Source: Hemiscyllium ocellatum (Eukaryota). Taken from it: a DNA stretch of 64,000 nt. Below the pieces are notes generated by a model. That model saw only the letters and a list, made by a program, of their open reading frames with translations. It did no database searches and had not been told where the DNA came from. The translations under genes and the position numbers were made by a program. The stretch covers positions 9,475,534-9,539,533 of the forward strand of contig NC_083409.1 in the NCBI RefSeq assembly GCF_020745735.1, read 5' to 3'. Shown piece after piece: positions 24,560 to 37,511 of this stretch. Position 1 is the first letter of the stretch; each line of letters starts with the position of its first letter.

Positions 24560-25245
24560 TTAATTCCTTGAAAGTGGAGTTGCAGGTAGGTAGGGAGGTG
24601 ACGAAGTCATTTGGCATGCTTTCCTTTATTGGGCAATGCATTGAGTATTGGAGTTGGGAGCTGATGCACCTGCATAGAACATTAGTTTGGCCCCTTTTGG
24701 AATACTGTGTGGAATTCTGGCCTCCCTGCTGTAGGAAAAATGTTGGGAACCTTGAAATGATTCAGAAAATATTTCCAAGGATGTGCCAAGTTGGAGGGTT
24801 TGTGCGATCGGGAGAGGCTGAATAGGCTGAGGCTATTTTCCCTGGATGGCTGGAGGCTGAAGGGTGACCATATCGAGGTTTCTAACATAATGAGGGACAT
24901 TGATCAAGTGAATAGAGAAGATATTTTGGTCAGAGTGAAGGAGTCCAGAACTAGGGGGCATAGGTGGAAGGTATCAGGAGAATGATTTAAACGGGAACTA
25001 AGGCATAATGTTTTACTGCAGAGAGTGGTACATTTTTGGAATGAGCTGCCAGAGGAAGTGGTGGAGGCTGGTATGATAACATTTAAAAGGCATTTGGGTG
25101 AGTATATGAATAGGAAGGGTTTGGAAGGATATGGGCCAAATACTGACAAATGGGACTAGATTAATTTAGGTTATCTGGTCGGCATTGCCGAATTACACAG
25201 AAGGATCTATTTCTGTGCTGTACATCTCTCTGACACTATGACTCT
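24560..25245 (+). mobile_element. CR1 3' fragment in the J-C intron
   Basis: ORFs 24568 (LVWPLLEYCVEFW) and 24791; absent from the paralogous intron upstream of 9286. Confidence 0.8.
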
Positions 25246-25749
25246 ATGTCTCTGTGGTTGACATGGATGAGTCAGATCGAAGAGTCTGTTTCCATGCTGT
25301 GCATCTCCCTGACTCTAATTGTGTTTCAATCAAGCCCTCAGCACCTCAGGCTCTCCCAAAGACAGTTACACTTTGCTTGAAAACCAGTCACTGTTGCAAT
25401 TTCAGGAAAGGGGCAGCCAATTTCTGCACAGCAAGATCCCACTGGAAGCAATGACATCAAAGAGCAATAATGATGTTGGCTCAATGAATAATATTGGCCT
25501 GAACTCAACCCAAAGAGAAAGTAATTTGGTTCAGTTGAATGGAAACTGAGAAAATAGAAGATAAAGGAGAAGGTAGGATTGCTAGTTAGTGATGGGATTG
25601 ATTGTTACAAGTAAATTAAGGGAGGAGATGGAATTTTTGAACATCAAAGGAACCATAAAAATGCAGGGAAAATCAATAATAGATCAAACTTAAAGATTTT
25701 GTGACTAAAGTGCACGAAGCATTCCGAGTCAGGGAGACAAAGTGATGCC

Positions 25750-27720
25750 CCAAATCGAGGTAAATTGAATTTCCAAGTAATTTAAACTACTTAAAGTGGA
25801 GGAGGGCTCAGGAGAGGTTAGCAAAGCTTCTAGAAGATGTAATAGGACTGAGAGCATGGAAGGGATCAGGAATCAAATGCCAAGCACAGCAGATAAGAGG
25901 ACAATGATGAGAAGGAGGGCAGTCAATGTAGGACTGAGGGTGTTGTACTTAAATGCACAAGATATACACAATAAGCTTGTAGTACAGTCAGAAGGTGTAG
26001 AATCTGTGTGGGGAGTGTTGAGGAACCCAAGAAATAAAGAATCTGATGCAAGTTCAGGTCTCCAAGCAGTAAACAGGGTGTGGGGAAGGAAATCAATCAG
26101 GAGACAGCAAAGTCATAAAAAAATTGTCAGGGCAGACTTCAATGGAGAGGTGGATTGGGTAGCACGTCTCAACAAAAAGATTTCATGGAATGTCTATAAG
26201 ATGGTTTTTGAAGCAGCTTGCGGTTTGGAACAGGCAGTTCTGGATTCAGTGATGTGTAATGAGGCAAACTTGGTCAGTGAGCTGAAGATGAAAGTGTCCC
26301 TCTGGATAAATGACCATAATACGTTAGAATTCCCCCTGCAGTTTGAGAGGGAGAAGCTGCAATCAGATGGAACAGTATTTCAATTGAGTAAAGGGAATGA
26401 CAAAGACATGAGGAGGGAGCTGGCCAGAGTTGATTGGAAGGGGAGCTGAGCAGGTAAGATGGTGTGGCAGCAAACAGCAGGGTTTCTGGGGGTAATTCAA
26501 GAAGCAGAGTAGGAATTTATTACAAAAAAGAAGAAACACACTAAGGGGAGGACAATGTAACCATGGCTGATGAGGGAGGTCAAGGACAGCATAAAAGCAA
26601 AAGAAAAAGCACACAATGTGGTGGAAAATAGTGGGAGGCCAGAGGATTAGGAAGTCTTTAAAAACCTGTAGAGGATAACAAAAAAAAACATTCAGGGTAC
26701 AGAAGGTGAAATGTGGGGGAAAGCGAGCCAGTAATATAAAAGAATATTGCAAGAATTTCATCAGATATATAAAAAGGAAGAGGGAGGCAGAAATAGACAT
26801 TGGAAAAGGAATAATAGGAAATGAAGAAAAAGCAGAGGAATTGAATACATACATTACATCAGTCTGCACAATGGAAAACACCAGCAGTGTCCCAGAAATT
26901 CAAGACTGTCAGGGGACAGAGGTGAGTGCAGTGGCCATTACTCAGGAGGAGGTACTGGGGAAGCTGAAATGTCTGAGTGTAGATAACTCACCAGACTAGA
27001 TGAATTACACCAATGTGTTCTGAAGGAGATCACTGAGGAGATTGTGGAGACATTTTTGATGATCTTTCAGGAATCAATGGAGTCAGGGAGTGGAGGTATT
27101 TTCTAAATGAGGAAAGCCTTTGGAAATCTAAAGCACAAACCTCATTCAGGTTTCTCTTCAGGTTAACAGGCAGGTCCAGTTTGTGTTTGGGAAGGCAAAT
27201 GAAATGTTAGCATTCATTTCAATAGGGCCAGAATACAAGAGCAGAGATGTACTGCTGAGGCTGTGTAAGGCTCTGGTCAGACTGAATTTGGAATATTGTG
27301 AGCAGATTTAGGATCCATATTCTTTGAAACGATGTGCTGGCATTGGAGGGGTTTACAAGAATGATCCTGGGGATGGAGGGCTTGTCATATGAGGCACGGT
27401 TAAGGACTCTGGGTCTGTACTCAATGGAGTTTAGAAGGATGAGTAGGGATCTTATTGAAATTTGCAGAATACTGATAGACCTGGATAGGGTGGATGGGAA
27501 GAAGATGTTTACGAAAACAGGAGAGACGAGGTAACCAAAGCACAGCCTCGGATTGAAGGGCCGACCCTTTCAAGCTGAGATGAGGAGGAATTTCTTCAGC
27601 CAGAGGGTGGTGAATCTGTGGAACTCATTGTTACAGAGGACAGGGAGGCCAAGTCACTGAGTGTATTTAAGACAGAGATAGGTGGGTTCGTGATTGTGAA
27701 GGGGATCGAACATTCTTGTG
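25750..27720 (+). mobile_element. Decayed CR1 (APE to RT C-terminus, with internal deletions)
   Basis: ORFs 25796 (RVLYLNAQ...ADFN...DHNTLEF), 26706 and 27334. Confidence 0.75.
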
Positions 27721-27849
27721 GAGTAGGAAGACGAATGGGGGTGAGAAGCATATCTGCCAAGGTCAAATGTTTTCTGGAGAGTTTCTCCAAAACCCTGGAA
27801 CACTGAACCCACTGAACACTGGACTCTGAGCCCTGATTTAGCTGTTTGT

Positions 27850-29100
27850 CATCACAACTTTGCAAAGAGATAATCCAAGAGTGGAGAGAGTGTGCATCCA
27901 TGTGAGAACTTCAGAATGTTTCCCAGCTCCTGGAATACCATGAGTACAGGAAGTGTGGTCAGTGACAGCAGTTGGAGCTCCGGGTTTCGGAGGTGGACCA
28001 GCAGCTGGTGTCAGTGTGGAGCGTCCGTGAGGCTGAGAGCTCCATGGAGAAACGTTTCTAGATGTGGTCACTCCGCCGCTTCAGAGTATGCAGGGAGAGA
28101 GGGAATGGGGGAGCAGCAGACAGTCCAAAAGGGCCAGGCAGCTAGTACAGGAATCCCCTGAGTGTATCCCACTCTCCAGCCAGGATTCAGTTCAGAATCC
28201 TGATGAGAATGATGGTTCATCTGGGGAGTGTAGCCAGGGCGAAGTCCCTGCCACCACGGCGGGTGTTGGGGGGGGGGCAGCTGTACAGGGGGGCACAAGG
28301 AAGACTGGAAGAGTGATAGTGAGAGGAGATTGGAGAGTGAGGGCAGTCGTTAGGTGTTTCTGCAGCTGCAGATGGGAATCCAGGATGGTGTGTTGTCTCC
28401 CTGGTGCCAGCGTCAAGGATAGCACTGAGCGACTGCAGACCACCCTGAGGGGAGAGGGGGAACAGGCAGCAGTCGTGGTCCACATCAGTCCCAGTGACAG
28501 AGGGAGGAAAGGGATGTGGTCCTGCAGTCAGAAGTTTTGGAGCTTCCTACTTTTAAGTAGTGTGGCGCTTCCTACTTTTGAGTTCCTGCTGCTAATTAGT
28601 AGCAGGAACTCAAAGGTAGGAATCTCCAGATTACTCCCAGTGCCCCACGCAAGTGAAGAAGGGATCAGGCCCGAAACATCGACTCTCCTGCTCCTTGGAT
28701 GCTGCCTGACCTGCTGCGCTTTTCCAGCAACACATTTGCAGCACCCCACACAAGTGAGAATAGAATCAGGAGGTGAACACAGGTGATTGCTGGGCTGGAA
28801 AGAGGATCCATGAGGGAGGGCTTTAGATTTTTGTGAGGTGGTTTACTACTGTTAAAGAGGGTTTAAACTAACTTGGCAGGGCTGTGGGAGCCAGGTGTGA
28901 ATATCAGAGAGGAATAACAAAGACCACAGAATCCTCAGAGTAGTCAATAAGTCACCACCCAGTGGGAAGGATGTGGAGGAATACAAATGCAAGGAATTTA
29001 CAGAGACCTGCAAATATGATAGAGCCGTTATAAATGGGGGAGAGGGGGGTTTTTAATTTCTGAATATAGTGACCAGAGTGGCAAGAGTGTGTTTTGGTGA
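27850..29100 (+). mobile_element. CR1 5' region (ORF1) remnant with a Penelope insert and a palindrome
   Basis: ORF 28064-28786 (VIVRGDW...ESRMVCCLPGASVKD...AVVVHI), typical of the CR1 ORF1 esterase-like region. Confidence 0.65.
28657..28740 (+). mobile_element. Penelope pLTR fragment with about 17-bp TSD
   Basis: Flanks GTGCCCCACGCAAGTGA (28640-28656) and GCACCCCACACAAGTGA (28741-28757). Confidence 0.7.
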
Positions 29101-29139
29101 ATTTTCAGGTGGCATTGGTGGCTTCGTGGTGGCTCAGGG

Positions 29140-29782
29140 GTGGGGGTCAGCAGGGTGGCTCAGTGGTTAGCACTGCAGCCTTATAGTACCAGGGCCCCAG
29201 GTTCGATTCCAGCCTTGGGTGACTGTCTGTGTGGAGTTTGCACATTCTCCCTGTGTCTGTGTGTTTCTCCTCCGGGTGCTCTGGTTTCCTTCCACAGTCC
29301 AAAGATGTGCAGGTCAGGTGAATTGGCCATGCTAAATTGTCCATAATGTTTGATGCTGAAAATGTGTTGCTGGTTAAAGCACAGCAGGTCAGGCAGCAGC
29401 CAAGGAACAGGAAATTTGAAGTTTCGGGCCAGAGCCCTTCATCAGGAATGAGGAGAGGGTGCCAGGCAGGCTAAGATAAAAGGTAGGGAGGAGGGACTTG
29501 GGGGAGGGGCGATGGAGATGTGATAGGTGGAAGGAGGTCAAGGTGAGGGTGATATGCCGGAGTGGGGTGGGGACAGAGAGGTCAGGAAGAAGATTGCAGG
29601 TTAGGAGGGCGGTGCTGAGTTCAAGGGAATCGACTGAGATTTCCCTCTCAGTAATGCATCAAACATAGTGTTAGATGCATTACTGAGAGGGAAATGGGTC
29701 TGGGTGGGTTACTCTTCGGAGGATCGGTGTGGACTTGTTGGGCCGAAGGGCCTGTTTCCACACTGTGGAGAATCTAATCTAA
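29140..29782 (+). mobile_element. HE1/V-SINE-like SINE split by a Penelope fragment (29357-29638)
   Basis: GGTGGCTCAGTGGTTAGCAC head at about 29153; body to 29356; resumes at 29664 and ends AATCTAATCTAATC. Confidence 0.75.
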
Positions 29783-29789
29783 TCATTGG

Positions 29790-31700
29790 CAGTGAAGAAG
29801 GCTATCTAAGAATACAATGGAATCTTGACCAACTGGGCCAGTGGGCTGAGGAATGGCAGATGGAGTTTAATTCAGATAAAGGTGAGTGCTATATTTTGGT
29901 AAGACACAAGAGATGGGTGAGATCCTGAACAAATATTTTAGGTCAGTTTATATTGTGGGGAAAGCTAGGGAATTTGGAAAAACAGTGATGTCTTGAAAAG
30001 AGAACACATATAAATGAGGAGACGCAAAAGATCTTAAAACACAGATAAACCCTAGGACCTGATCAGGTGTATCCCAGAACATTGTGGCAACTGGGGAAGA
30101 GATTTTTGGGACCCTTGCTGAGATATATGTATCATCGGCAACCATGGATAAGGTGCTGGAAAAACAGAGAGATTGGCTAAGATTATGCCCTTATTTCAGA
30201 AAGGCTGTAAGGAAAAGCAAGGGAACGATAGACTAGTGAGCCTGATGTCAGTGCTGGGTAAGATGTTGGAGTGGATTCTGTGGGACAGGATTTACATCGT
30301 TTGGATAATCAGTGTGGCTTTGTGCATAGGAAGTCACGTCTCCTGAATTTGATTCAGGAGGTGACAAAAAGGATTGATGAAGACAGAACAGTAGACATTG
30401 TCAATATGGGCTTCAGAGTAAAGTGTTTGACAAGGTTCCACATGATAGACTGGTTAGTAAGGCTAGACCACATGGGATCCAGGGGGAGTGAGCCATTGGA
30501 GTCAAAAAATTGGCTTGAAGATAGGAGACAGAGAGTGGTGGTAAAAGGTTGCTTTTCAGACTGGAGATCTGTGAATAGTTGTGTGCCGCAAGGATTGGTA
30601 CTGAGTCCACAAATGCTTTTCGTCATTTAAAGAAATGATTTGGATGGGAATATAGGAGTTATGGTAAGTTTGTAAATGACACCAAAATTGGTGGGACAGT
30701 GGATAGTGAAGAAGATTATCTCAGGGTACAGCAGGACCTTGATCAGATGGGGCAATGGGCAGAAGAGTGGCAAATGGAGTTCAGTTTAGATAAATGTGAG
30801 ATGTTGCATTTTGGAAAGGCAAACCAGGGCAGGAGTTATACAGTTAATGGGAGGGCCTTGTGGAGTGTTGCTGAATAACAGACCTAGGGGTGAAGATGCA
30901 GGTACATTATTCCTTGAAAGTGGGTCACAGGTAGACAGGGTGATGAAGAAGGTGTTTGGTTTGCTTGCTTTTGTTCATCACTGCATTGAGTCCAGGAGTT
31001 GGACCATCATGTTGCAGCAGTACAGGAGATTGGTGAGGCCTCTTTGGGAATGATGTGAACAATCCTATCATCCTGAGATAGGAAGGATGTTGTTAAACTT
31101 AAAAAGCTGCAGAAAAGACTTACAAGGATGTGGCCAGGATTTGGAGGGTTCGAGCGACAGGGAAAGGCTGAAGAAACTGGGGCTATATTCCCTGCAGCAT
31201 CTAAGGCCTCGGGGTGACGTTATAGATGTTTATAAAACCATGAGGGGCATGGACTGGGTGTATATTCAAGGTCTTTTCCGTGGGAAAGGGATTCCAAAAC
31301 AAGAGGACATAATTTTATGGTGAGAGGCAAAAGATTCAAAAGGGACCTGAGGGGTAACCTGTCACGCAGAGGGTGGTGCGTGTCTGGATTGAGCTGCCAG
31401 AGAAAGTGTTGGAGGCAGATACAGTTACAGCATTTAAAACACATTGGGATGGGTACATGAATAGGTTGGGTTTTGAGAGGTGTCAGCCAAATGCTGGCAA
31501 ATGGGATGAGGTCAGTTTAGGATATTTGGTTAGCATGGACAAGTTGGACTGAAAGGTCTGTTTCCACGCTGTATGACTCCATGACTATGAGCGGCTGGAA
31601 AAGCTGAGACTTCTTACCCTGAAGCGGAAGGTTCTGAGGAGTGACCTTGTAGAGGTTTGGAAAATCATGAGGGACATAGATAATGTGAAGAATTCTGGAA
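29790..31700 (+). mobile_element. Decayed CR1 RT and 3' region
   Basis: ORFs 30271 (NQCGF...CVPQGLVLSP), 30796 and 31087. Confidence 0.8.
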
Positions 31701-32080
31701 GGAAGCGAATGTTTTGTAGCGATGGCAAAAATTGTTCCCAAAGATAATTCCAGGGATGAGGAACATCAGTTATGAAGTTTTATTGGAGAATTTGGGACTG
31801 TCTTCTTTGGAGAAGGCTTAGAGGAGATTTGTTCAAGGAATTCAAAATCAGGAAGGGCCTGGACAGAGTAAATAGGGAGAAAATGTTCCCAATTAAGAAA
31901 GAATTCAGGGGGGATCCAAGATGGCGGCGACCCAGCAAGACTGAGTCCACAGTGCTCTACACAAAACTTGGGAAAAGTGGGCTATCCACCCCCACCACAC
32001 TCACTAAACCATTTATAATAGTTGTTAACCTTAAATAGTTACCTATTAGTACATTTAAATAGTCTAATAATAGCTGGAAA

Positions 32081-32944
32081 ATGAGTAAAGGGAAGGGACC
32101 AGGCGGCTCTAAGAAAGCAGGGACCCCTCCCCCACCCTCTCCCTCTTCAGCTGCAACAAAGGTGTCTTCAGCCACTTCAGGAGATTTACCAATGAAGATG
32201 AGCTTTGAGGAGATGTTTGCCAGGTGGGAGGCGAAGATTGATGCTTTTATCGATGAGTCTCGGCAGAGCAGAGAAGCACTATCAGCCGAGCTGCAGAAGC
32301 AGGGCAGAGACATTCAGGAATTGGAGTGCCGAGTCAGAGAGGTGGAGTCGAAGGCCGCAGCCTCAGAGACTGCGATAAAATCAACAGCCGACCACATCCG
32401 TTTTCTCGAGAATCGAGTCCAGAACCTAGAAAACCACATTGATGATCTCGAAAATCGATGTCGTAGAAAAAATATTCGGTTGTTGGGCCTGCCCGAGCAG
32501 GAAGAGGGAGGTCAGCTGACAGCATTCTTAGAGCATTGGCTGCCACAGCTTTTAAATCTGCCTGCTGGATCAGGCCAGGTAAGGGTAGAATGGGCCTACC
32601 GGGTCACAGTACGTGGGCCCGGCTCAACCCAGTGCCCACGCCCGGTCCTGTTCCAGCTGCAGAGCTATAGGGAGAGGCAGATGCTCCTGGAAGCCTCAAG
32701 AAATCTGGGAAAAGATCCCCAAGCTATGACCCACAAAGGATCCAGGATCATGCTGTTCCAGGACTTCTCCCCAGCTTTGGTCCGAAAGAGGAAGGCATTC
32801 GATGAGGCGAAGAAGCGTTTAAGAAACTTAAATATTCAGTACTCCTTACGATATCCAGCGACGCTACGCCTTAGCCACGAAGGATCCATATATAACTTCG
32901 GATCACCGGAGAAGGCTAAGGAATTCTTGGACTCTCTTAAATAA
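32081..32944 (+). CDS. L1 ORF1p (coiled coil plus RRM/CTD-like region), 287 aa, intact
   Basis: Heptad-rich N-terminal half, then DDLENRCRRKNIRLLGLPE...FQDFS...YSLRYPATL, as in L1 ORF1p. Confidence 0.9.
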   Translation: MSKGKGPGGSKKAGTPPPPSPSSAATKVSSATSGDLPMKMSFEEMFARWEAKIDAFIDESRQSREALSAELQKQGRDIQELECRVREVESKAAASETAIKSTADHIRFLENRVQNLENHIDDLENRCRRKNIRLLGLPEQEEGGQLTAFLEHWLPQLLNLPAGSGQVRVEWAYRVTVRGPGSTQCPRPVLFQLQSYRERQMLLEASRNLGKDPQAMTHKGSRIMLFQDFSPALVRKRKAFDEAKKRLRNLNIQYSLRYPATLRLSHEGSIYNFGSPEKAKEFLDSLK

Positions 32945-33572
32945 ACTGTAAGAGATTGTGGACGCTGGTCTGCCTTTCCCATTATTTTGGTTTACATCCC
33001 TTCATCTTTTCTTATCTTTCCCCCTATGTGTGTATGTATATATATATATATATATGTTGGGGCGTTTGGTTAATGTTGATGGGGAGAGGTGGTTACCTTA
33101 TTCTATTTTACTTCTGTTTTTAGGAGCGGGGTTGTTTTTCTTTTCCCTGTTATTTTGTGGTATTATATTTAAGTATTACATGTTGAGATTGTAATCTTAT
33201 AGTTATATATGGTATTAATATTCCCAAATATATTTAGATGTGGGTGTGGGTGGGGGTGGGGTGTTCACTGTTAACTCTAGCTTTATATTATATTTGAATT
33301 CTCCTCATTTTATTGAGGAACACCTGGGTCAAGGGTGGGGCACTGGTTGGAAGAGGGTAAGATGGACTGTGGGAGAGGAAGTGACGCTCCCTGGGAACAA
33401 GGGAGAAAATCTCCAATTCGGAATGTTTTATATTTTTTATACTTAGAAAGAGTTTTTTGTTATATTGTTTTGAGTGTATCAGAGAGTCTTTACTTTTGTA
33501 AATCTTGTATGCTCCATGCTCGGGATGTTCTAGATAGGATTTCCCCTCCCGAGGGGTCTCGGATCTGTCCAG

Positions 33573-36500
33573 ATGATTATGGCTGAACAGTCGGTTAAGT
33601 GGTGCACCTGGAATGTCAGGGGGAGTAATTCGCCAGTTAAAAGGAAGAAAATATTATCAAATCTTAAGAAGGAGAGAGTTGATATAGCTCTCCTACAGGA
33701 GACACACCTGTCGGATAAAGAACACTTAAAATTACGACAGGGCGGATTTGATCAGGCCTTTTTTTCCTCTTTTAATTCAAAAAGCAGGGGAGTCGTTATC
33801 CTTGTCCGGAAGAACTTTTCTTTGAAAATTCCAAATCAGATAAAAGACGAATCTGGACGATATATTTTGATTAAAGCCCTCATAAATGGAGAGGAATATG
33901 GGATCTTAAATGTGTACTGCCCCCCGGCACACCCCTTTAAATTCATAACGGAAGCTCTTTCAAAACTGATGGCCTTTGGTGCCCGTCATACAATTATAGG
34001 GGGAGACTTTAATTGTATTATTGATCCGGAAATAGACAGGATTCCCAAGAGTGCCGCTGGAGTATCTCCCAGATCTAGACAACTGGCGGACCTGAATAAA
34101 GAATTAGGATTGGTAGATGTATGGAGATGTCTCCATCCACAGGGTAGAGATTTTTCTTTCTACTCTAATCCACATAAATGTCACACAAGAATTGATATGT
34201 TTTTTGCCCCATCGATTTTTCTAAACTCTATAGCAACCTGTAAAATAGGTACTATAGCAATCTCTGACCATGCCGCTGTATACATGGAAACTAAGGTAAA
34301 GAACAATGGGACATTTGCTCGGCATTGGCGTATGGACCCCTTCCTGATAAAGGATAGCAAATTTTTAAAGTACTTCTCCCAAGAACTTAAAACCTTTTTA
34401 GAAATTAATACTGGTACGGCTAGCAATCCGTCAATGATGTGGGAGACCATCAAAGCCTATGCACGAGGTTTGATCATCTCCTATTCAGCGACCCAGAGGA
34501 AAATGAAGGGAGAGCAACAGCGTCTGCTCGAAGCTCGCCTAAAAGCAGCCGAAACAGCATACGCTGATAGACCTTCTATCACAAAATTGCAGAGGATTAC
34601 AGCTCTTAGGACTGCTTTAAACACCGCGCTTACTCAAATGGCTAAAAGGGAAATATTATTTGCGAAACAAAGATTATATGAATATGGCGACAAACCGGCT
34701 AGATACTTAGCATTTCTTGCAAAGAAAAAGAAAGCCCCTCAAACTATTCCGACCATCAAGGAAAGTACAGGTACCCTGACTCATGATCATAAAAAGATCA
34801 ATGCGACCTTTAAAGAATTTTATTCTGAACTATATAGATCGCAGGATTGTGAAGATAGGATTAGGAGGATGCAGTCATTTTTTAAAAATTTGACCTTCCC
34901 GGGCCTGACTCCGGAACAGGTGTCGGCCCTAAATACCCCTTTAACAGTCCAAGAAATACTTGAGGCAATTAGGCAACTTCAGAGCGGAAAAGCACCGGGC
35001 CCGGATGGTTTTCAAGCTGAATTCTATAAAGAATTTACAGGAATATTGGTTGACCCACTTATGGATATGTATAATTTTGCGCATAGTCAGGTCTGTCTCC
35101 CGCCCACGCTGAAAGAAGCAAATATTTCTCTTATCCTCAAAAAAGGAAAAGACCCAGAAGATTGTGCATCTTACAGACCAATATCCTTACTAAATGTAGA
35201 CTTTAAAATTCTCTCAAAAATGTTAGCACTAAGACTAGAAAGGGTACTGCCATATATTATAAAGGAGGACCAGACGGGATTTATTAAGGGCCGCAGATCA
35301 TCCAATAATATCAGAAGGGTCTTGAATATGATCCAAGCCTGTCATCAGGGAAAGATACCAGGAGTAGTAATTTCATTGGATGCGGAAAAGGCATTTGATA
35401 GGGTTGAATGGTCATATTTATTTTACACATTGGAAAGGTTTGGCGTTGGACAGGTGTTTACCAAATGGGTTTCAACATTGTATAATGACCCGAAAGCAGC
35501 TGTTATTACTAATGGGTTAAGATCGGATGGCTTCAGTGTGGGTAGGGGCTGCCGTCAAGTATGTCCTCTCTCACCATTGTTGTTTACACTGATAATCGAA
35601 CCATTAGCAGAAGCCATCCAGACTGATCCTAATATAACGGCCCCGAGGATTGGTACAGGTAAACACAAAATTATCCTCTATGCAGATGACGTTCTCTTAT
35701 TCCTCAGTAATCCTTTAATGTCAGTGCCTCGTCTAATTCAAGTTATTAATACATTTAGTGCATTCTCAGGCTATAAAATTAATTTTTCAAAATCGGAAGC
35801 CATGCCAATGGGTGGTCTGGCTATGATACCCCACTTAATGGACGGATCCCCTTTTCCCTTCTGTTGGTCCCTGGAGGGCTTCTTATATTTAGGTATTTTT
35901 ATCACACCAGTATTTGATCAGCTGTATAGGGCTAATTTTGTACAATTAATGGAAAGGATAAGGCAGGACCTCCAGCGATGGAGAGACCTTCCGATTTCCT
36001 GGCTAGGGAGAATAGCATTAATTAAAATGAATGTTCTGCCCCGTCTCTTATATCCTATGAGAATGCTCCCGCTGATGCTGCCAAGGCTAGCCCTACGTAA
36101 ATTATATGGCTGGTTGGGCTCCTTTATTTGGAACCATAGACGGCCCCTTATTAAGCTGAAGAAGCTACAGCTTCCACAGGCAAGGGGAGGACTGGACTTC
36201 CCAGACTTTAGGAAATATCAGTTAAGCTCCCTACTAAGTTACATAGCTGATTGGGTTTCATCTGATCCACAATCAATTTGGCTGGATATCGAAGCCTCCC
36301 AAGTAAAATACCCACTTATTAACCTTTTATTTTCAGATAAGAGGAAAATCATTACAGACCACTGTAAAAATCCCATAATATTAAACACAATTAAGGCCTG
36401 GAATATAATGCGGCAAAATGAGGGTAACTCACATAAAACATCCCCCCATGCACCAATAGTAGGCGCATGGGGATTCCAACCGGGGATTACAGATGCCACC

Positions 36501-37511
36501 TTTAAACTCTGGAGATCCAGGGGCATCTCATGCTTAGGGGACCTATTTAAAGATGGGATCCTGATGTCCTTTGAGCAGCTGCGTCTGAAATTCGGAATAC
36601 CTAATGGGGATCTCTTTCGATACTTCCAAGTTCGAGATTATATACAGAGGAAGACTACATTAATAGATAGTCTTTATAAATCAGACAGAGAACGTAATGT
36701 CTTATGACCAGCAGGGGCATCCTCCGTTAGTACTATATACCATTTGCTACATGATGGAGTCTCAGGAGACATGGATGACCTGCTTAAAACATGGGAGCAG
36801 GACTTGGGGCTAGAAATCTCTGAGGATATGTGGAATGACATTTGGGAAAATGCTAGAAGAATTGCTATCTGTAACAGAACTCAGGCTATCCAACTAAAGA
36901 TACTTCATAGGGCCCATATAGCTCCGGCTCGACTGGCAAAATTTAAGGCAGGAGCATCTCCAATGTGTCCTAAATGCAAAATAGAGGTGGGTACTCTTGT
37001 ACATTGTCTGTGGACTTGTCAGAAAATCCGCAGATACTGGACTAAAGTGGCAAATACCCTGACAGAAATTTTAGGAACGGAAATTAGGGTGGACCCTGTA
37101 TCTCTCCTTTTGGGCTTTTCGAACCTCTCATCTCTGGATATGCATGGGAAGAGACTATTTTCTATTCTCTCTTTCTGTGCAAGGAAAAATATTTTGGTGA
37201 ACTGGGTGGCTGAGGGCCCCCCTGGACTTTCAAACTGGCACAGATTAATTATGGAATATATCCCCCTTGACTTCCTCACAAATATGGTGCACCGAAAGAC
37301 TGAATTATTTTATAAAATATGGCAGCCCTTTTTGAATTATATAAATGCAGATATTTCGACTATCCTAACAAGGGCTTTTATTTGTGAAGATTTCAGACCA
37401 GGCTGCTCCGGGGCCCCTTGGGAGAGGAATCCTGCGCGAATACGGGTTTTATTATATTTGATGTTTATACATTCCGAGCATGTAAGAGACTTAGGTATAC
37501 ACTCTGGTTAG
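33573..37511 (+). pseudogene. L1 ORF2p (APE, RT, C-terminal Cys motif) with one in-frame TGA at 36705-36707
   Basis: TWNVRG, LLQETH, GGDFN, SDH (APE); YRPISLLN, SLDAEKAFD, LYADD (RT); the frame continues after the stop to CPKC..EVGTLVHCLWTC in ORF 36744-37511. Confidence 0.92.

Noticed and set aside
7800-29200. tRNA-like A/B boxes (7800-8050, 12361-12656, 29140-29200) as tRNA genes
   Set aside because: They are heads of multi-copy SINEs followed by SINE body and LINE-like tail.
31948-31969. CACAGTG plus ACAAAACTT in the L1 5' UTR as a cryptic RSS
   Set aside because: The spacer is only 6 nt, incompatible with 12/23 geometry.
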